Source: Vulcanimicrobiota bacterium
GTDB taxonomy: Bacteria > Vulcanimicrobiota > Vulcanimicrobiia > Eremiobacterales > Eremiobacteraceae
Length of the DNA stretch: 64,000 nt
Assembly: GCA_963805945.1 (NCBI GenBank)
Contig: CAWDVP010000004.1
Span: 64,001-128,000 of the forward strand
Direction of reading: 5' to 3'
Position numbers and translations under genes: made by a program. Below are positions 12,982 to 23,691 of this stretch, piece by piece (positions within the stretch are counted from its first letter, which is position 1; each line of letters opens with the position of its first letter). Below the pieces are notes generated by a model. It did no database searches and was not told where the DNA came from. It was given only the letters and a program-made list of their open reading frames with translations.

Positions 12982-13730
12982 ACTCGTCGCGTTCGCGCCG
13001 GCGGCCGCGTTCGCGCTTGGCGACCGCCCTGCCGGCGCCGGCCGACGCGGCGAACACCTTCGCGCCGACCGCGTACCTCGAGTATGCCGGCCTATGGGGC
13101 GACACGTACAACGGCGTGACCACCGACGACGGCGATCATCTCGCTGGATCGTATACGGCGCTGGGACGTGTCGACTACGGACGTTTCACGGCGTCGCTCA
13201 TGTTCCAACGGGTCTCGACGCGCAGCGTCACCAACGCGACGACGCCCGCCGGCGCACCAGGCACGGCGCTCGCGTATCCATCAGGCCAAGTGATCGTGCC
13301 GCTCTTCACCGCCGTGAATTCAGAATCGGAGATCCGGCTCGAGTACGAGCCGCCGGCATGGCCGGTGTATCTCGGGCTCGCGTATTCGCTCTCGTCGAAC
13401 AACTACAATTTCCCGGCGCTCAAGGCGTTCGGCGTCGGCGTCGAGCTCCAGCCGAACCCGCGCCACGCGCTCAGCCCCTACGGCTCCTACTTCTATTTCC
13501 CGAATCAGACCGGCACATATCCGCTCGCCGATCCGAACAACCCGAACAGCGGCTCGTATCAATCATCCTATCGCGCGAATGAATTGACGCTTGGCGCAAG
13601 CTTGCGGATCCCGCGGACGCATCTGACGCTCGTTGGCGGCTACAAGCAGACGACCAACGTGGCGCGCGTCAGCAGCTTCAACTTCGTGCAGGACGGGCCG
13701 TTCCTCGGCCTTGGGTATCGTTTGCGCTAG
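12947..13730 (+). CDS. Secreted, probable outer-membrane beta-barrel protein (frameshift near 13020)
   Basis: Signal-like start in ORF 12947; aromatic alternating strands and C-terminal GPFLGLGYRL in ORF 12621..13730. Confidence 0.6.
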
Positions 13731-13793
13731 GTACAGAAAGGTCTCGGAAGCTCGAGACGTCGGACCGCTACAGGTATGTCCCTCTATAGACGT

Positions 13794-15242
13794 CTATTCG
13801 CCGGGGACGGCTGCGAACTCGGGCTGTCCGGCGAACGTGTTGAGCGCCTCGACCGACACGAAATCAAAACCCGCTTTCTCCAGCCGGGCGAGCAGCGCGA
13901 CGACCTGCGCATGCGTGACGGTGCCGGAGCCGGCGGCGAAACGGCAGCGCCATTGATCGGTGCACAGCGTTTCGGGCAAGCCGTTGGGCCAGACGCGCGC
14001 GCCGCGATTGAGGATCGCCTGTAGCATCAAGCCGTCGCCCGAGATCGGCGCGAGCGCCGCGGCGAGCTGGTCGGGCGTGCCCTTGTTCCAATCGAGGAAG
14101 ATATCCACGCCGACCAACGCCTTCGGGCGCGGATCGGTGCCCATGGTCGCGAACTTGCGCGATTGCTCGGGCGCGACGTCTTTGTACGACGCGGCCTTGA
14201 GATGCTGCGGTTTCTCGCCGAGGCGCGCGACGACGGCCTGCGCGAATTCTTTCGTGCCGACCTTCTGCTTGCTCGTGCCCTCGCGGAAGATGTCGTAGGT
14301 GTGGACGCCGTCTTCGATCGTGCGCAGCCACGCGTTGTGGACGCGCGAGGCGATATCGGTCTGGCCGATGTGCACGAGCATCATCACCGCGCCGAGCATG
14401 AGCCCCGAAGGGTTGGCCACGTTCTGGTTCGCGCGTCGCGGCGCGGAGCCGTGGATCGCCTCGAACATCGAGCAGACCTCGCCGATGTTGGCCGAGCCCG
14501 CGAGGCCGACCGAGCCGGTGATCTGCGCCGCCACGTCTGACAAGATATCGCCGTAGAGATTCGGCAGGACGAGCACATCGAACGCCTCGGGGGTGTCGGC
14601 GAGCTTGGCGGCGCCGATGTCGACGATCCAGTGCTCGTGCTCGATCTCGGGATATTCCTTGGCCACCTCTTCGAAGATCTTATGGAAGAGCCCGTCGGTG
14701 AGCTTGAGGATGTTGTCCTTGGTGAAGCAAGTGACTTTCTTGCGGTCGTTGCGGCGCGCGTATTCGAACGCGTAGCGATTGATGCGCTCGCTGCCCGGCC
14801 GCGAGATCAGCTTGAGCGCCTTGTTCACCTGGTGCGTCTGCTGGTACTCGATGCCGCCGTAGACGTCTTCCTCGTTCTCGCGCACGATGACGACGTCCAT
14901 CACCGGATGCTTCGTCTTGACGTACGGATAGTAGGAGACGCACGGCCGGACATTGGCGTACAGGCCGAGCGCGGTGCGCGTCGTCACGTTGAGGCTCTTG
15001 TAGCCGCCGCCTTGCGGCGTGGTGATCGGCGCCTTGAGGAACACTTTGGTGCGGCGCAGCGACTCCCACGCGCTCGGCGCGATGCCGGCCGGATTGCCGG
15101 CGAGGTAGACCTTCTCGCCGATGTCGATGACCTCGAGGTCGAGGCGCGCGCCCGCCGCCTTCAAGACCTCGAGCGTGGCGTTCATGATCTCGGGACCGAT
15201 GCCGTCGCCATAGGCGACGGTGATAGGGACGTTGCCGCTCAT
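13794..15242 (-). CDS. icd: NADP-dependent isocitrate dehydrogenase
   Basis: GDGIGPEI, KAPITTP, RENEED, NLYGDILSD, EAIHGSAP. Confidence 0.95.
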   Translation of the reverse strand: MSGNVPITVAYGDGIGPEIMNATLEVLKAAGARLDLEVIDIGEKVYLAGNPAGIAPSAWESLRRTKVFLKAPITTPQGGGYKSLNVTTRTALGLYANVRPCVSYYPYVKTKHPVMDVVIVRENEEDVYGGIEYQQTHQVNKALKLISRPGSERINRYAFEYARRNDRKKVTCFTKDNILKLTDGLFHKIFEEVAKEYPEIEHEHWIVDIGAAKLADTPEAFDVLVLPNLYGDILSDVAAQITGSVGLAGSANIGEVCSMFEAIHGSAPRRANQNVANPSGLMLGAVMMLVHIGQTDIASRVHNAWLRTIEDGVHTYDIFREGTSKQKVGTKEFAQAVVARLGEKPQHLKAASYKDVAPEQSRKFATMGTDPRPKALVGVDIFLDWNKGTPDQLAAALAPISGDGLMLQAILNRGARVWPNGLPETLCTDQWRCRFAAGSGTVTHAQVVALLARLEKAGFDFVSVEALNTFAGQPEFAAVPGE

Positions 15243-15325
15243 GCACGTGCCATTCATCCGCGTCCATCCGGCACCCTCCGCGCGAAGGGCGCGGTCCCGC
15301 GCGTGCGAAAATGAGGGCACGACAA

Positions 15326-15611
15326 ATGGCACAGACGAACGTCATCGCCGCGAGCTTCGCGCAGATGCGCGAGGCGACCGGCGCCATCGACTGGTTTCGC
15401 AACCAGGGCATCGACGCGACCGCCATCGGCGCGTACGCGGTGCCGCCGGGCGGACACGCGCGTCCGCCGCGGCCCGGCGACAACCAGCGCGACGACCTCA
15501 CCTGGATCGTGTCGCTCGACCTCGCGCGTTCCGCGATCGAGCGCTCGGTCGCGATCGCGACGCATGAAGCGCGAGGGCGGCACGATGCTCGCCCGCCCGC
15601 CGGCGGTCTAA
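15326..15611 (+). CDS. Small hypothetical protein (probable frameshift near 15563)
   Basis: GAGG SD then MAQTNVIAASF; continuing in another frame gives TMKREGG...PAV-stop. Confidence 0.5.
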
Positions 15612-15634
15612 GGCCAAGCCGGCACGACGCGGAG

Positions 15635-16256
15635 ATGATCGTCGCCATCGCCCGCGAGCTCGGGGCCGGCGGACGCGCCGTCGGCGCCGCCGTCGCCGAG
15701 ACCCTCGGCATCGAACTGCTCGACAATCAGATCGTCAATCTCGTCGCGGCGCGCATCGGCGCGCCGGAATCCTATGTGGCCGAGCACGAGGAGCACGTCG
15801 AGAGCTTCGTCGATCGCGTGCTGCGCGGCATCACCGCGGCCTATCCGGAATCCGGCTCCGGGCAAGGGCTGCCGGATTGGTCCGAGCCGCGCCTCGTCGG
15901 CGCTCACCGAGACGATCATCAAGGAACGCGCCGCCAGCGAGTCCATCGTGGTGGTCGGACGCGGCGCGCCGATCCTGTTCAAGGACCGGCCGGACGTGCT
16001 GCGCGTCTTCGTGACTGCGCCTGCCGACGTGCGGCTAGCGCGCATCTGCGAGCGCTTGAGCCTGCCGCGCGATGAAGCGCTCAAAGAGCTCAAGAAATCC
16101 GATCTCAATCGGGCGGCGTATTTCAAGGAGCATTACGGCGTCGCGGATTGGCGCGACGCGCACCACTACGATCTCGTCGTCGACACCGGCCGCTTCGGCA
16201 TCCCCGGTTCAGCGCGGTTGGTCGTCGAAGCGACGAAGCTGCTCGGGCCGAACTAA
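15635..16256 (+). CDS. Cytidylate kinase-like family protein (frameshift near 15900)
   Basis: IVAIARELGAGG, VVVGRGA, YDLVVDT. Confidence 0.85.
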
Positions 16257-16271
16257 AGTTCGGCCCCTACA
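16245..16271. repeat. REP family A copy, contains the stop codon of the upstream gene
   Basis: GGGCCGAACTAAAGTTCGGCCCCTACA. Confidence 0.85.
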
Positions 16272-16277
16272 GATGTC

Positions 16278-17588
16278 CTAGGGGCGCGTGGCGCGGATCG
16301 CCGCGAGCGCCGGACCCTGCCCGATCGCGCACGCCACGCCCGCATCCCAGCGCACCTTCTCCTTGACGAAGTCGTTGAAGTCCGACGCGCGCAGGCGGGC
16401 GAGCATCTCTCGTTCTTGCGCCGGCGTCACGAGCGGCTGATCGAAGAGCGCGAGCTCGGCGTAGCGCCGCGCGATCTCCGTGTTCCACTCCTGCGCGAGC
16501 GTGATCTGCGCGTCGAGCGCCTCGCGCCCGCGATCGAATTCCTCGGTCGAAAAACCGTGCCGCGTGTCCTCGAGGATGCGCTGCATCTCGCGCACCGCGA
16601 TGCCGGCCCGGTTCGTGCCGACGGCGGCCATCGCGCTCATGACGCCGATGCTGCCGTAGAAATCCTGCGTCGCGTACACCTCATAGGCGAGACCGAGCCG
16701 CTCGCGCAGCCCATCCCACAGCCTGCTGCCGTCACCGTCGCCGATCATCGTCTGGGCGAGCTGCGTGCGCACGACTTCGTCGTAGCCATCCGGGTAGGAC
16801 GGCGTGGTGGTCGAGATCGAGAACCACACCTGCTGGGTGTTGGAACGGCGCAAGACCTTAGACCGGCGTCCTCGTCGCACCGACGGCTGATAGGACGCGG
16901 TGTGCGGGGCTTTCGGCATGATCGCACCCGCCGCCGCGCGCCAGCCGCCGAAATGGCGTCGTGCCTGATCGAGCATGTCGTCTTCGCTCATGGCGCCCGC
17001 CAAGCTCAGCACCGCGTTGCGCGGATGGAACAGCCGGCGGTGAAATGCGCGGACCTGCGCGCGCGTGATGTCGCGGACCGTGCCGAGCGTGCCCCCGATG
17101 TCGCGGCCGAGCGGGTGCGCACCCCACATCGTCTGGTCGGCGAGCACTTCGATGCGTTTGCTCGGATCGTCTTCCCAATCGCGCAGTTCCTCGAGCACGA
17201 CTTTGCGCTCGGTCTCGACGTCGCGCGCGTCGAAGAGCGGCCGGCGCACGACGCTGCCGAGGACGTCGAGCGCTTCGGCGGTCTTCTCGGTCGGCACCGT
17301 GGCGGACAGCGAGATCAGCTCTTTGTTGGTCGAGGGGTCGAAGCGGTTGCCGCAGCGCTGCATCGCGGCGGCGAGCTCCTGGCGCGTGTAGTCCGCCGTC
17401 GCCTTGAAGATGAGATGTTCGAGGAAATGCGCGAGGCCGTTCGCGTCGCGCGGATCGTAGATCGAACCGGCCCGCAGCGCGAGCGAAACGCTCAGACTGC
17501 CGGAAGCGGGCATCGGCGTAGTGACGACGCGTAGGCCGTTGCGCAGCCGATGACTGGTGGGCTTGGATTTCGTGCGGCGGGGAGACAT
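16278..17588 (-). CDS. M16 (pitrilysin) family zinc peptidase
   Basis: GLAHFLEHLIFK (HxxEH), LRERLGLAY. Confidence 0.92.
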   Translation of the reverse strand: MSPRRTKSKPTSHRLRNGLRVVTTPMPASGSLSVSLALRAGSIYDPRDANGLAHFLEHLIFKATADYTRQELAAAMQRCGNRFDPSTNKELISLSATVPTEKTAEALDVLGSVVRRPLFDARDVETERKVVLEELRDWEDDPSKRIEVLADQTMWGAHPLGRDIGGTLGTVRDITRAQVRAFHRRLFHPRNAVLSLAGAMSEDDMLDQARRHFGGWRAAAGAIMPKAPHTASYQPSVRRGRRSKVLRRSNTQQVWFSISTTTPSYPDGYDEVVRTQLAQTMIGDGDGSRLWDGLRERLGLAYEVYATQDFYGSIGVMSAMAAVGTNRAGIAVREMQRILEDTRHGFSTEEFDRGREALDAQITLAQEWNTEIARRYAELALFDQPLVTPAQEREMLARLRASDFNDFVKEKVRWDAGVACAIGQGPALAAIRATRP

Positions 17589-17863
17589 GGCGGTCCGGCT
17601 TTCTTTAGGGGGCGGGGAGGGCGATAGGACTTCTTCGCCACCGGGGGCGCAAACGTCTAGGTCGGTCAGGGACGAGAATATCGGGGTTTGCTTATTTTGT
17701 ATGTCCCTCGGCATGGGATGGACAGAAATAGGCTCCAAAATGAGACTCCGGGACCTGGTTACGTCCCGAGCTTCGCTCGGGCACTACCGACGATGCCTGT
17801 TTGCAAAATCTTGCCAAACGGCGACGAGGTCGCAACCCGACCGTGGCGCAACACGCCTCGTAC

Positions 17864-18743
17864 ATGATCGCACCGCACAACCCTACTGATTCCGATACCT
17901 ACGATCTCGGTTGCGGCCGCATGCGCGAGGTCGGCGCCGGCGCACTCGCGCACATCTTCAGCTACGAGCTCGTACGCGGCGGTCACGAGCGCGTCGACAA
18001 CAAGCCCTTCTTCTATCCTGCGGTGGTGGTGACGACGAGCGGTCGCTGGACGTTCCACGGCCCGGTGACGCTCGAGGTCGAGCCCGGTATCGTCGTGCTC
18101 GGCGATGCCGGCACCGAATTCGCATGCAGCCACGACCGGCTCGATCAACCGGAGACCGACATCATCGTCGGCTTTGATCCCGCCGGGCTCGCGCGCGTGC
18201 TGTCGCAGACCCCTTTCGCGCACTCGACCTTCGCATGGCGGCGCACGGCGGTGCCGCGATCGCGCGCCATCGACGGGCTGAGCCGCGCGTTGCTCGGCGA
18301 AGCGCGACGTCACGCGCCCGGCTTCCAGACGACGATTGACGCCCTCGCATGCCGGCTGCTCGGCGAATTGCTCCGTTTCACGCCCGCGCCGCGGCGTGCC
18401 CAGCCGCGTGCGTCGACCGGCCGCCGCGCGGCTCGGATCGAGAAGCGCGCGCGCATACATGCACGAACATCTCGACCGCGAATGCTCGCTGTTCGAGCTT
18501 GCAGACGTCGCGGGCGTCAGCCCATACTACTTCCATCGCTTGTTCGTCGCGCAGGTCGGTCAGTCTCCCCACCGCTACTTGCGCTCGGCGCGGCTCGAAA
18601 GAGCGAAGACGTTGTTGCGCGCGACCGACATGACGAGCACGCAGATCGGACGCGCGGTGGGATTCGGCAGCCTGCCGCACTTCATCAACACGTTCCGCGC
18701 GCAGGTGGGCCTGACGCCCACGCGCTTCCGCGCGGCTCGATAA
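17864..18743 (+). CDS. AraC family transcriptional regulator (frameshift near 18450)
   Basis: C-terminal HTH in ORF 18336..18743 (GVSPYYFHRLF, GFGSLPHF). Confidence 0.85.
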
Positions 18744-18754
18744 GGAGCGTCACC

Positions 18755-19258
18755 ATGCTCGCATTGCTGCTCTCTATCACCATGGCCGCCGCGGCCTCGT
18801 CGCCTCCCACGACGGCGCCGACGCCCGCACCGTGCGCGGCGCCCCAGTACCATCAATTCGATTTTTGGATCGGCGATTGGACGGTCAAGGAGAACGGCAA
18901 GTTCGCCGGCACCAACGAGATCGACTCGATCCAGCGCGGCTGCGCCATCCAGGAGCACTGGACCGACGCCGACGGACACATCGGCACGAGTTTCAGCATC
19001 TACTATGCGCCGGCCGCTCAGTGGCACCAGACATGGATCGATTCAGGCGGCAGCCTGCTGCGCATGGACGGCGGCATGGTGAACGGCTCGATGGTGATGC
19101 AAGGCACGCGCGTCGGCAAGAAGTACAAACAGGTCATCGACAAGACGACCTGGACGCCGCTGCCCGATGGGCGCGTGCACCAGTTCTGGCAGTATTCGAT
19201 CGACGGCGGCAAGACCTGGCAGACCGCGTTCGACGGCTACTACACGCGGGTGCGATAG
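18755..19258 (+). CDS. Secreted protein of the FDFWxGxW (DUF1579-like) type
   Basis: AGGAG SD, signal peptide, QFDFWIGDW, SIDGGKTW. Confidence 0.75.
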   Translation: MLALLLSITMAAAASSPPTTAPTPAPCAAPQYHQFDFWIGDWTVKENGKFAGTNEIDSIQRGCAIQEHWTDADGHIGTSFSIYYAPAAQWHQTWIDSGGSLLRMDGGMVNGSMVMQGTRVGKKYKQVIDKTTWTPLPDGRVHQFWQYSIDGGKTWQTAFDGYYTRVR

Positions 19259-19260
19259 GA

Positions 19261-19290
19261 AAAGTCCCGTAACGCAAGTTCCGGGACTTT
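19261..19290. terminator. Probable bidirectional terminator between convergent genes
   Basis: AAAGTCCCG...CGGGACTTT inverted repeat. Confidence 0.55.
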
Positions 19291-19303
19291 GTGGATACCC
19301 GTC

Positions 19304-19885
19304 TTAGCGCGGTGCGCCGAGGTACGGGAACGTCGTCGTATCGTGCTTGCCGCCGTATGGCACGTTGTCGTCAGCCAGACACACCGACTCTTTGCCGTCA
19401 TCGTGGCCCGTGAGCGCAAAGACGGTGCTGCCGAAGATCGCGCCGAGATCCGTCTTGATGACGTCGTCGTGCAATCCGCGGCCGCCGAACGGGCTGCCGG
19501 TCGCGCCGCCCGACTCGACGCCGAGGTACGCAGGCCCGACGCCGGTCTTCGAGAGATCGGAGATCAGCACGTCCGGGATGAGGATGCCGACCACCGCCGC
19601 CGTCGTCTGCGCGTCGCGCCCCGCGACGTTAGTCATGAACGAGTTGACGTCGGCGATGAGCGGATCGCTCGGGTTGAACGGCGAGCTGCGATTGGTGCCG
19701 TCGTGGTTCATATACGGCTGCGTCGCCTCTTTGACCGCCGGCCGCGCGAGCCGTTCGATCTGCACGTAGGTCTGCGTGGTCGGATTCGTGCTCGTCGTGC
19801 TCGAGGAGCACGCGCTGGCCGCCAGCGCTGCGACGACCGCAGCTCCCAAGATGAGCGCTTTGTTGGTCTGCATGATGTCTTTCAT
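19304..19885 (-). CDS. DUF4331-family lipoprotein
   Basis: Lipobox ASA-C, QIERLARPAV, GGRGLHDD, FPYLG. Confidence 0.8.
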   Translation of the reverse strand: MKDIMQTNKALILGAAVVAALAASACSSSTTSTNPTTQTYVQIERLARPAVKEATQPYMNHDGTNRSSPFNPSDPLIADVNSFMTNVAGRDAQTTAAVVGILIPDVLISDLSKTGVGPAYLGVESGGATGSPFGGRGLHDDVIKTDLGAIFGSTVFALTGHDDGKESVCLADDNVPYGGKHDTTTFPYLGAPR

Positions 19886-19891
19886 CGCCTC

Positions 19892-20688
19892 CTACGATCC
19901 GCTCGTGGTGCTGGTGGTCGCCCACACTTTGATGACGCCGGGCGTCCCTGTCGCCGCCGGCGCCAGCAACGTGCGTGGCATCTCGACGACGATCGACAGC
20001 ACGTTGAAGCCGTTGGTGGACAGGAAGTCCTGCGACGCCGAGTGATCGCAGCCGGTCGTGGTGCCGCTGTTGGGGAAGCCACGGAAGCCGAGGTCCGGGG
20101 TTCGGCGGTGCAGGGTTGGGCTGGTTCTGATAGTTGCGGTCGGGGATGATCATGAAGAAGCGCGCGAGATCGAAGAAGAACGGATCCTCGCGTGGTCCTG
20201 CGAAGACCTGGACGCTCTTGCCGTTCACGGTCAACGTCGCGGGCGTGTTGAAGTTGAACGTGCCTGCCTGCGCGATGAACGTCGAGCTCGTGCCGACGGA
20301 ATTCGGCTTGCCCGGTCCGTACATGGTGAGCGTCTGCCCGGTGCCCGCGCTGTTCGCCTTGAACTGCAGCACGAGGTCCTCTTGCGTATCCGTGCCCTGG
20401 GCGATCTTGAACTGATACATGACCGCCGGATCGAACGCGGCGGTGCTCGACTTGGCCCATCGGGATGAGCGGCAACACGTCCATCACCAGCACGATGTTG
20501 CTGTCTTGCGACGCGGTCGGCGGCGGGAAGGCGAAGACGTCCGTGATGTCGGCGGCTGGCCGGCCGATCATCGTGGGCGAGTCTTGGTGGTCGGAGCCGC
20601 GCACGGGATGCACGGCGTAGAGCACCATCGCGCCGGCGAGGGCCGCAAGCGCGACACCTCCGGCTGCTTGAAGCATCGTACGATTCAT
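19892..20688 (-). CDS. DUF4331-family secreted protein (two frameshifts)
   Basis: SDHQDSP, ADITDVFAF, VFAGPREDPFFFDL. Confidence 0.82.
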
Positions 20689-20750
20689 GAAGCATTGCCT
20701 CCGGGAGAAGCGCCGCGCGTGAGACGCGGCTGCCGTGTGTACGATGGTCT

Positions 20751-20810
20751 AACGGTTGGCTGTGCGTTCCGGATGAGCGTTCACCCATCCGGACGACGCG
20801 CACGGACGTT
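20751..20810. promoter_or_regulatory. Back-to-back ECF-type promoters, each CATCC-N16-CGTT
   Basis: Plus strand CATCC 20786-90 and CGTT 20807-10; minus strand CATCC 20775-71 and CGTT 20754-51. Confidence 0.7.
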
Positions 20811-20931
20811 TCCTATAGTGAGATGTTCATGCAGCTGGCCGGCGCTCGCCCTCCCGCGTGGACGAGCCACGCGTTTGGCGGGGTTCGCCACGCCAGGCCT
20901 TGCCTCGCGTTCGCGCGAAACGCGCCCCGAG

Positions 20932-21465
20932 ATGAGCGATGACAGCGCATTGATCGAAGCAGTGCGCCGCGGCGACGCGGACGCGTTCGCGCGTCTGTAC
21001 GATCGGCACGGCGCGATGGTCTTCGGCGTCGCGCGGCGCGTGCTCGGCAATACCGCGCAGGCCGAGGATGTCGCGCAATCCGTCTTCCTTCAGATATGGT
21101 CCAAGCCGCAGGCGTTCCAAGGCGGCAGCTTCGCGGCCTGGGTGGCGACGGTCGCGCGCAACGCATCGATCGACGTGCTGCGCAGCGCCGCGGTCCGCAC
21201 GCGCGAACCGGACATGCCGCTCAACTTGGTGGCGCCGGGCGATCTTGACGAAGAGGTCTTCTCGCGCGTGCGCGCGAGCGCCGTCGGCGACGCGCTCAAG
21301 ACGCTGCCTGCTGACCAGCGCGACGCCATCGAGCGGGCGTACTTCGAAGGCCTTTCCTATCGTGAAGTGGCGGAACGGCTCGGCGAGCCGCTCGGCACGG
21401 TGAAGAGCCGCATCCGCGCTGGCCTGCGCCGGCTCACGGACATCTTGCGCGAGGTGGCGAGCTGA
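20932..21465 (+). CDS. ECF sigma factor (SigK-like)
   Basis: AFARLYDRH, AEDVAQ, YFEGLSYREVA, PLGTVKSRIR. Confidence 0.93.
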   Translation: MSDDSALIEAVRRGDADAFARLYDRHGAMVFGVARRVLGNTAQAEDVAQSVFLQIWSKPQAFQGGSFAAWVATVARNASIDVLRSAAVRTREPDMPLNLVAPGDLDEEVFSRVRASAVGDALKTLPADQRDAIERAYFEGLSYREVAERLGEPLGTVKSRIRAGLRRLTDILREVAS

Positions 21466-22136
21466 TGCCGTACGACGACGAAGCCATGCTCGAACTCGCG
21501 GAGCTCTACGCGCTCGGCGGCTTGGAGGCCGACGAACGGCGCGCCGTCGAGGCGTATGCGGCGAACGCGACCTGCCGCGCGGCGCTGGAGAACGGGATGT
21601 TCGGCGCGTACGCATTGGCCAAGGGCGTCGAAACGCCGCCACCGGCATCGCTGCGCGCGCGCGTCCTCGCGATCGCGGGTCAGGCGACGGCGAGCGCAGT
21701 CGTGCCGATGCGCCGCTCGTTGTGGGCGCAGCCTGTTTGGCTCGCCGCCGCGGCGGCCGTTGTCGTGCTCGTCTTCGCCGGCACCTGGGCGCTGCAGTCG
21801 CGCGTCTTCAATCAGAGCTGGGCCGCGGGTTGCACGCCGCAGACCACGCCCTGCACGCTGTCCGGCCGCGTGATCGCCTGGGGGCCGAGCGAATTGCATC
21901 TCGTCGCTCATGGTCTTGCCGCGCTGCCGGTCGGCAAGGTGTATCAGGCGTGGTACATCCGGCCGGGCGCGCCGCCGACGCCGGCCCCGACCTTCGTGCC
22001 GGACGCGCGCGGTGACGCATCGGTCGCGCTGCCGGTCGGCGCGGAGAAGGGTCTCACCATCGCCGTCACCGTCGAACCGGCGGGCGGCTCGCAAGCGCCG
22101 ACGACGAAACCGTTCTTTGTCGCCTCGATCAACTGA
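21465..22136 (+). CDS. Anti-sigma factor, RskA family
   Basis: YALGGL, PPPASLRARVL, one TM, YQAWYI, AVTVEPAGGSQAPT. Confidence 0.9.
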   Translation: MPYDDEAMLELAELYALGGLEADERRAVEAYAANATCRAALENGMFGAYALAKGVETPPPASLRARVLAIAGQATASAVVPMRRSLWAQPVWLAAAAAVVVLVFAGTWALQSRVFNQSWAAGCTPQTTPCTLSGRVIAWGPSELHLVAHGLAALPVGKVYQAWYIRPGAPPTPAPTFVPDARGDASVALPVGAEKGLTIAVTVEPAGGSQAPTTKPFFVASIN

Positions 22137-22140
22137 CGCG

Positions 22141-22596
22141 ATCGTCGTCCGGCCGTTTCGCGCGGACGAGATGCCGTCGCTGCTCGAGATGCGGCGTGCG
22201 ATGACGCTCGAACTCGGTGACGAAGACCTCGATGTGGAGTACGACGGCTGGCGCCGGCGCTTCAGCGCGTACGTCGACGAGCTGCGCGCCGACGACGCGG
22301 CGATGTTCTTCGTGGCGGAGCTCGACGGCGCGCTCGTCGGCATGGGCGGCGTCTACAAACTGCGCAACCATCGCAGCGTGATCTACGGCGTGGCCTCGGC
22401 CTACGTGACGAGCGTCTACGTCGCGCCCGAACATCGGCGGCTGGGACTTGCGTCGCGCATCACGCAGGCCGCGGTCGCGTGGGCTCGCGAGCACGGCTGC
22501 GCCGTCGTGCGCCTGCGCGCATCGGCGACGGGCCGACGCGTGTATGAAGCGCTCGGGTTCACGCCGACCGAGGAGATGGAGTTCCGGCTCGAGTGA
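22141..22596 (+). CDS. GNAT family acetyltransferase (start uncertain)
   Basis: VYVAPEHRRLGLA motif A, YEALGF. Confidence 0.85.
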   Translation: MVVRPFRADEMPSLLEMRRAMTLELGDEDLDVEYDGWRRRFSAYVDELRADDAAMFFVAELDGALVGMGGVYKLRNHRSVIYGVASAYVTSVYVAPEHRRLGLASRITQAAVAWAREHGCAVVRLRASATGRRVYEALGFTPTEEMEFRLE

Positions 22597-22621
22597 CGGT
22601 CGAATAAATTCGACCGCTCCA
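22597..22621. repeat. REP family B copy
   Basis: CGGTCGAATAAATTCGACCGCTCCA. Confidence 0.8.
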
Positions 22622-22625
22622 AGGC

Positions 22626-23690
22626 CTAGAGCGTGGCTGTTATATACGCGTCGACGGCGCCGCTGAACGTGGTGGGATCACTTTCCGGCAGGCAACGCGA
22701 CGGATGCGGTTCCCACGATTGGAACAGCACGTAGTCGGGTTTTCCGCCGTATTGCCCTTGATATGTCTCGAAGCGCGCGACGACTTTGGCGGTCCACTGC
22801 GCGTCGGAGACGTCCGTCGGCTCGCCGATGTAGATGATGCCGAATTTCATCCCGCGCTGTCGCGCGCCCGCTTCGAGCGCCTTGACGAGCGAGGGCCACG
22901 CCGGGTTGCTGAAATCGAGATCCGCGAAGTAGAACGGGAACGGCGCGCCGGTGACCGCCTTGTATGTGTCGTGCCACTGCCCGATCGCGGTCACGACGTC
23001 CGGCGTATATGCGCTCGCGATGATCGGTTCGACGTCGCCTACCACGGCGTTCGGGTACACAGTCTTCACCAGTTGCACGTACGCGCCGATGTCGGCGGCC
23101 ACTTGCGACACCGACCATTGGCAGGCGCGCGGATCGGTGACCACGCTTCCGAAGTAGAACGGCTCATCCACCTTGATGAACGGCGCCGGGGCGCCCAACG
23201 CTTTCAATCGATTCAGATAAGCAAGCGTGAAAGTGTTGAGCGATCCGCCAAACGGGATGAATCCCTCGACGCCCGAACCGCATGTGGCCGTTGCCTGAAG
23301 CGCCGGCGCTTCGATCTCTATGCCCATGGCGTGAGCGTTCACAAACGCTATGGTCTGCTGCAGCACCGGGTCGCTGACCGCGGTGATCCATCCCGCATAC
23401 AACCCCAACACCTGTGTGTGCGACGCGACGGTCGCCCAGGGCGCGTTGGGTTGGAACAGGCCGAGGAAATCCGTCGAACCGTCACCGCCAGGCCCGCCGG
23501 GCCAACCCGCCGCCGGTCCCGGTAGAGGATGGAACCAGATGGCGGCGGAGGAGGCGAAGGGAGCCGGCGATGTGTTCGACGACGGGCTTGGCGTTGAGCT
23601 CGTGCTTTGACAGCCGGCCATGCTCAGGAGCATCAGCGCAGCGCATGCTGATAGAAGGCGCGACGTGCGCCTGAAGCCGTGGACCGCCAT
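22626..23690 (-). CDS. Hypothetical lipoprotein, possibly glycoside-hydrolase-like
   Basis: Lipobox MAG-C, Ser/Pro linker, globular domain with DEP and FQSW. Confidence 0.65.
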   Translation of the reverse strand: MAVHGFRRTSRLLSACAALMLLSMAGCQSTSSTPSPSSNTSPAPFASSAAIWFHPLPGPAAGWPGGPGGDGSTDFLGLFQPNAPWATVASHTQVLGLYAGWITAVSDPVLQQTIAFVNAHAMGIEIEAPALQATATCGSGVEGFIPFGGSLNTFTLAYLNRLKALGAPAPFIKVDEPFYFGSVVTDPRACQWSVSQVAADIGAYVQLVKTVYPNAVVGDVEPIIASAYTPDVVTAIGQWHDTYKAVTGAPFPFYFADLDFSNPAWPSLVKALEAGARQRGMKFGIIYIGEPTDVSDAQWTAKVVARFETYQGQYGGKPDYVLFQSWEPHPSRCLPESDPTTFSGAVDAYITATL

Positions 23691-23691
23691 G

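Noticed and set aside
17801..19258. Apparent 485 aa fusion of an AraC N-domain with a secreted protein
   Set aside because: Artifact of a frameshift; the second gene has its own SD and signal peptide at 18755
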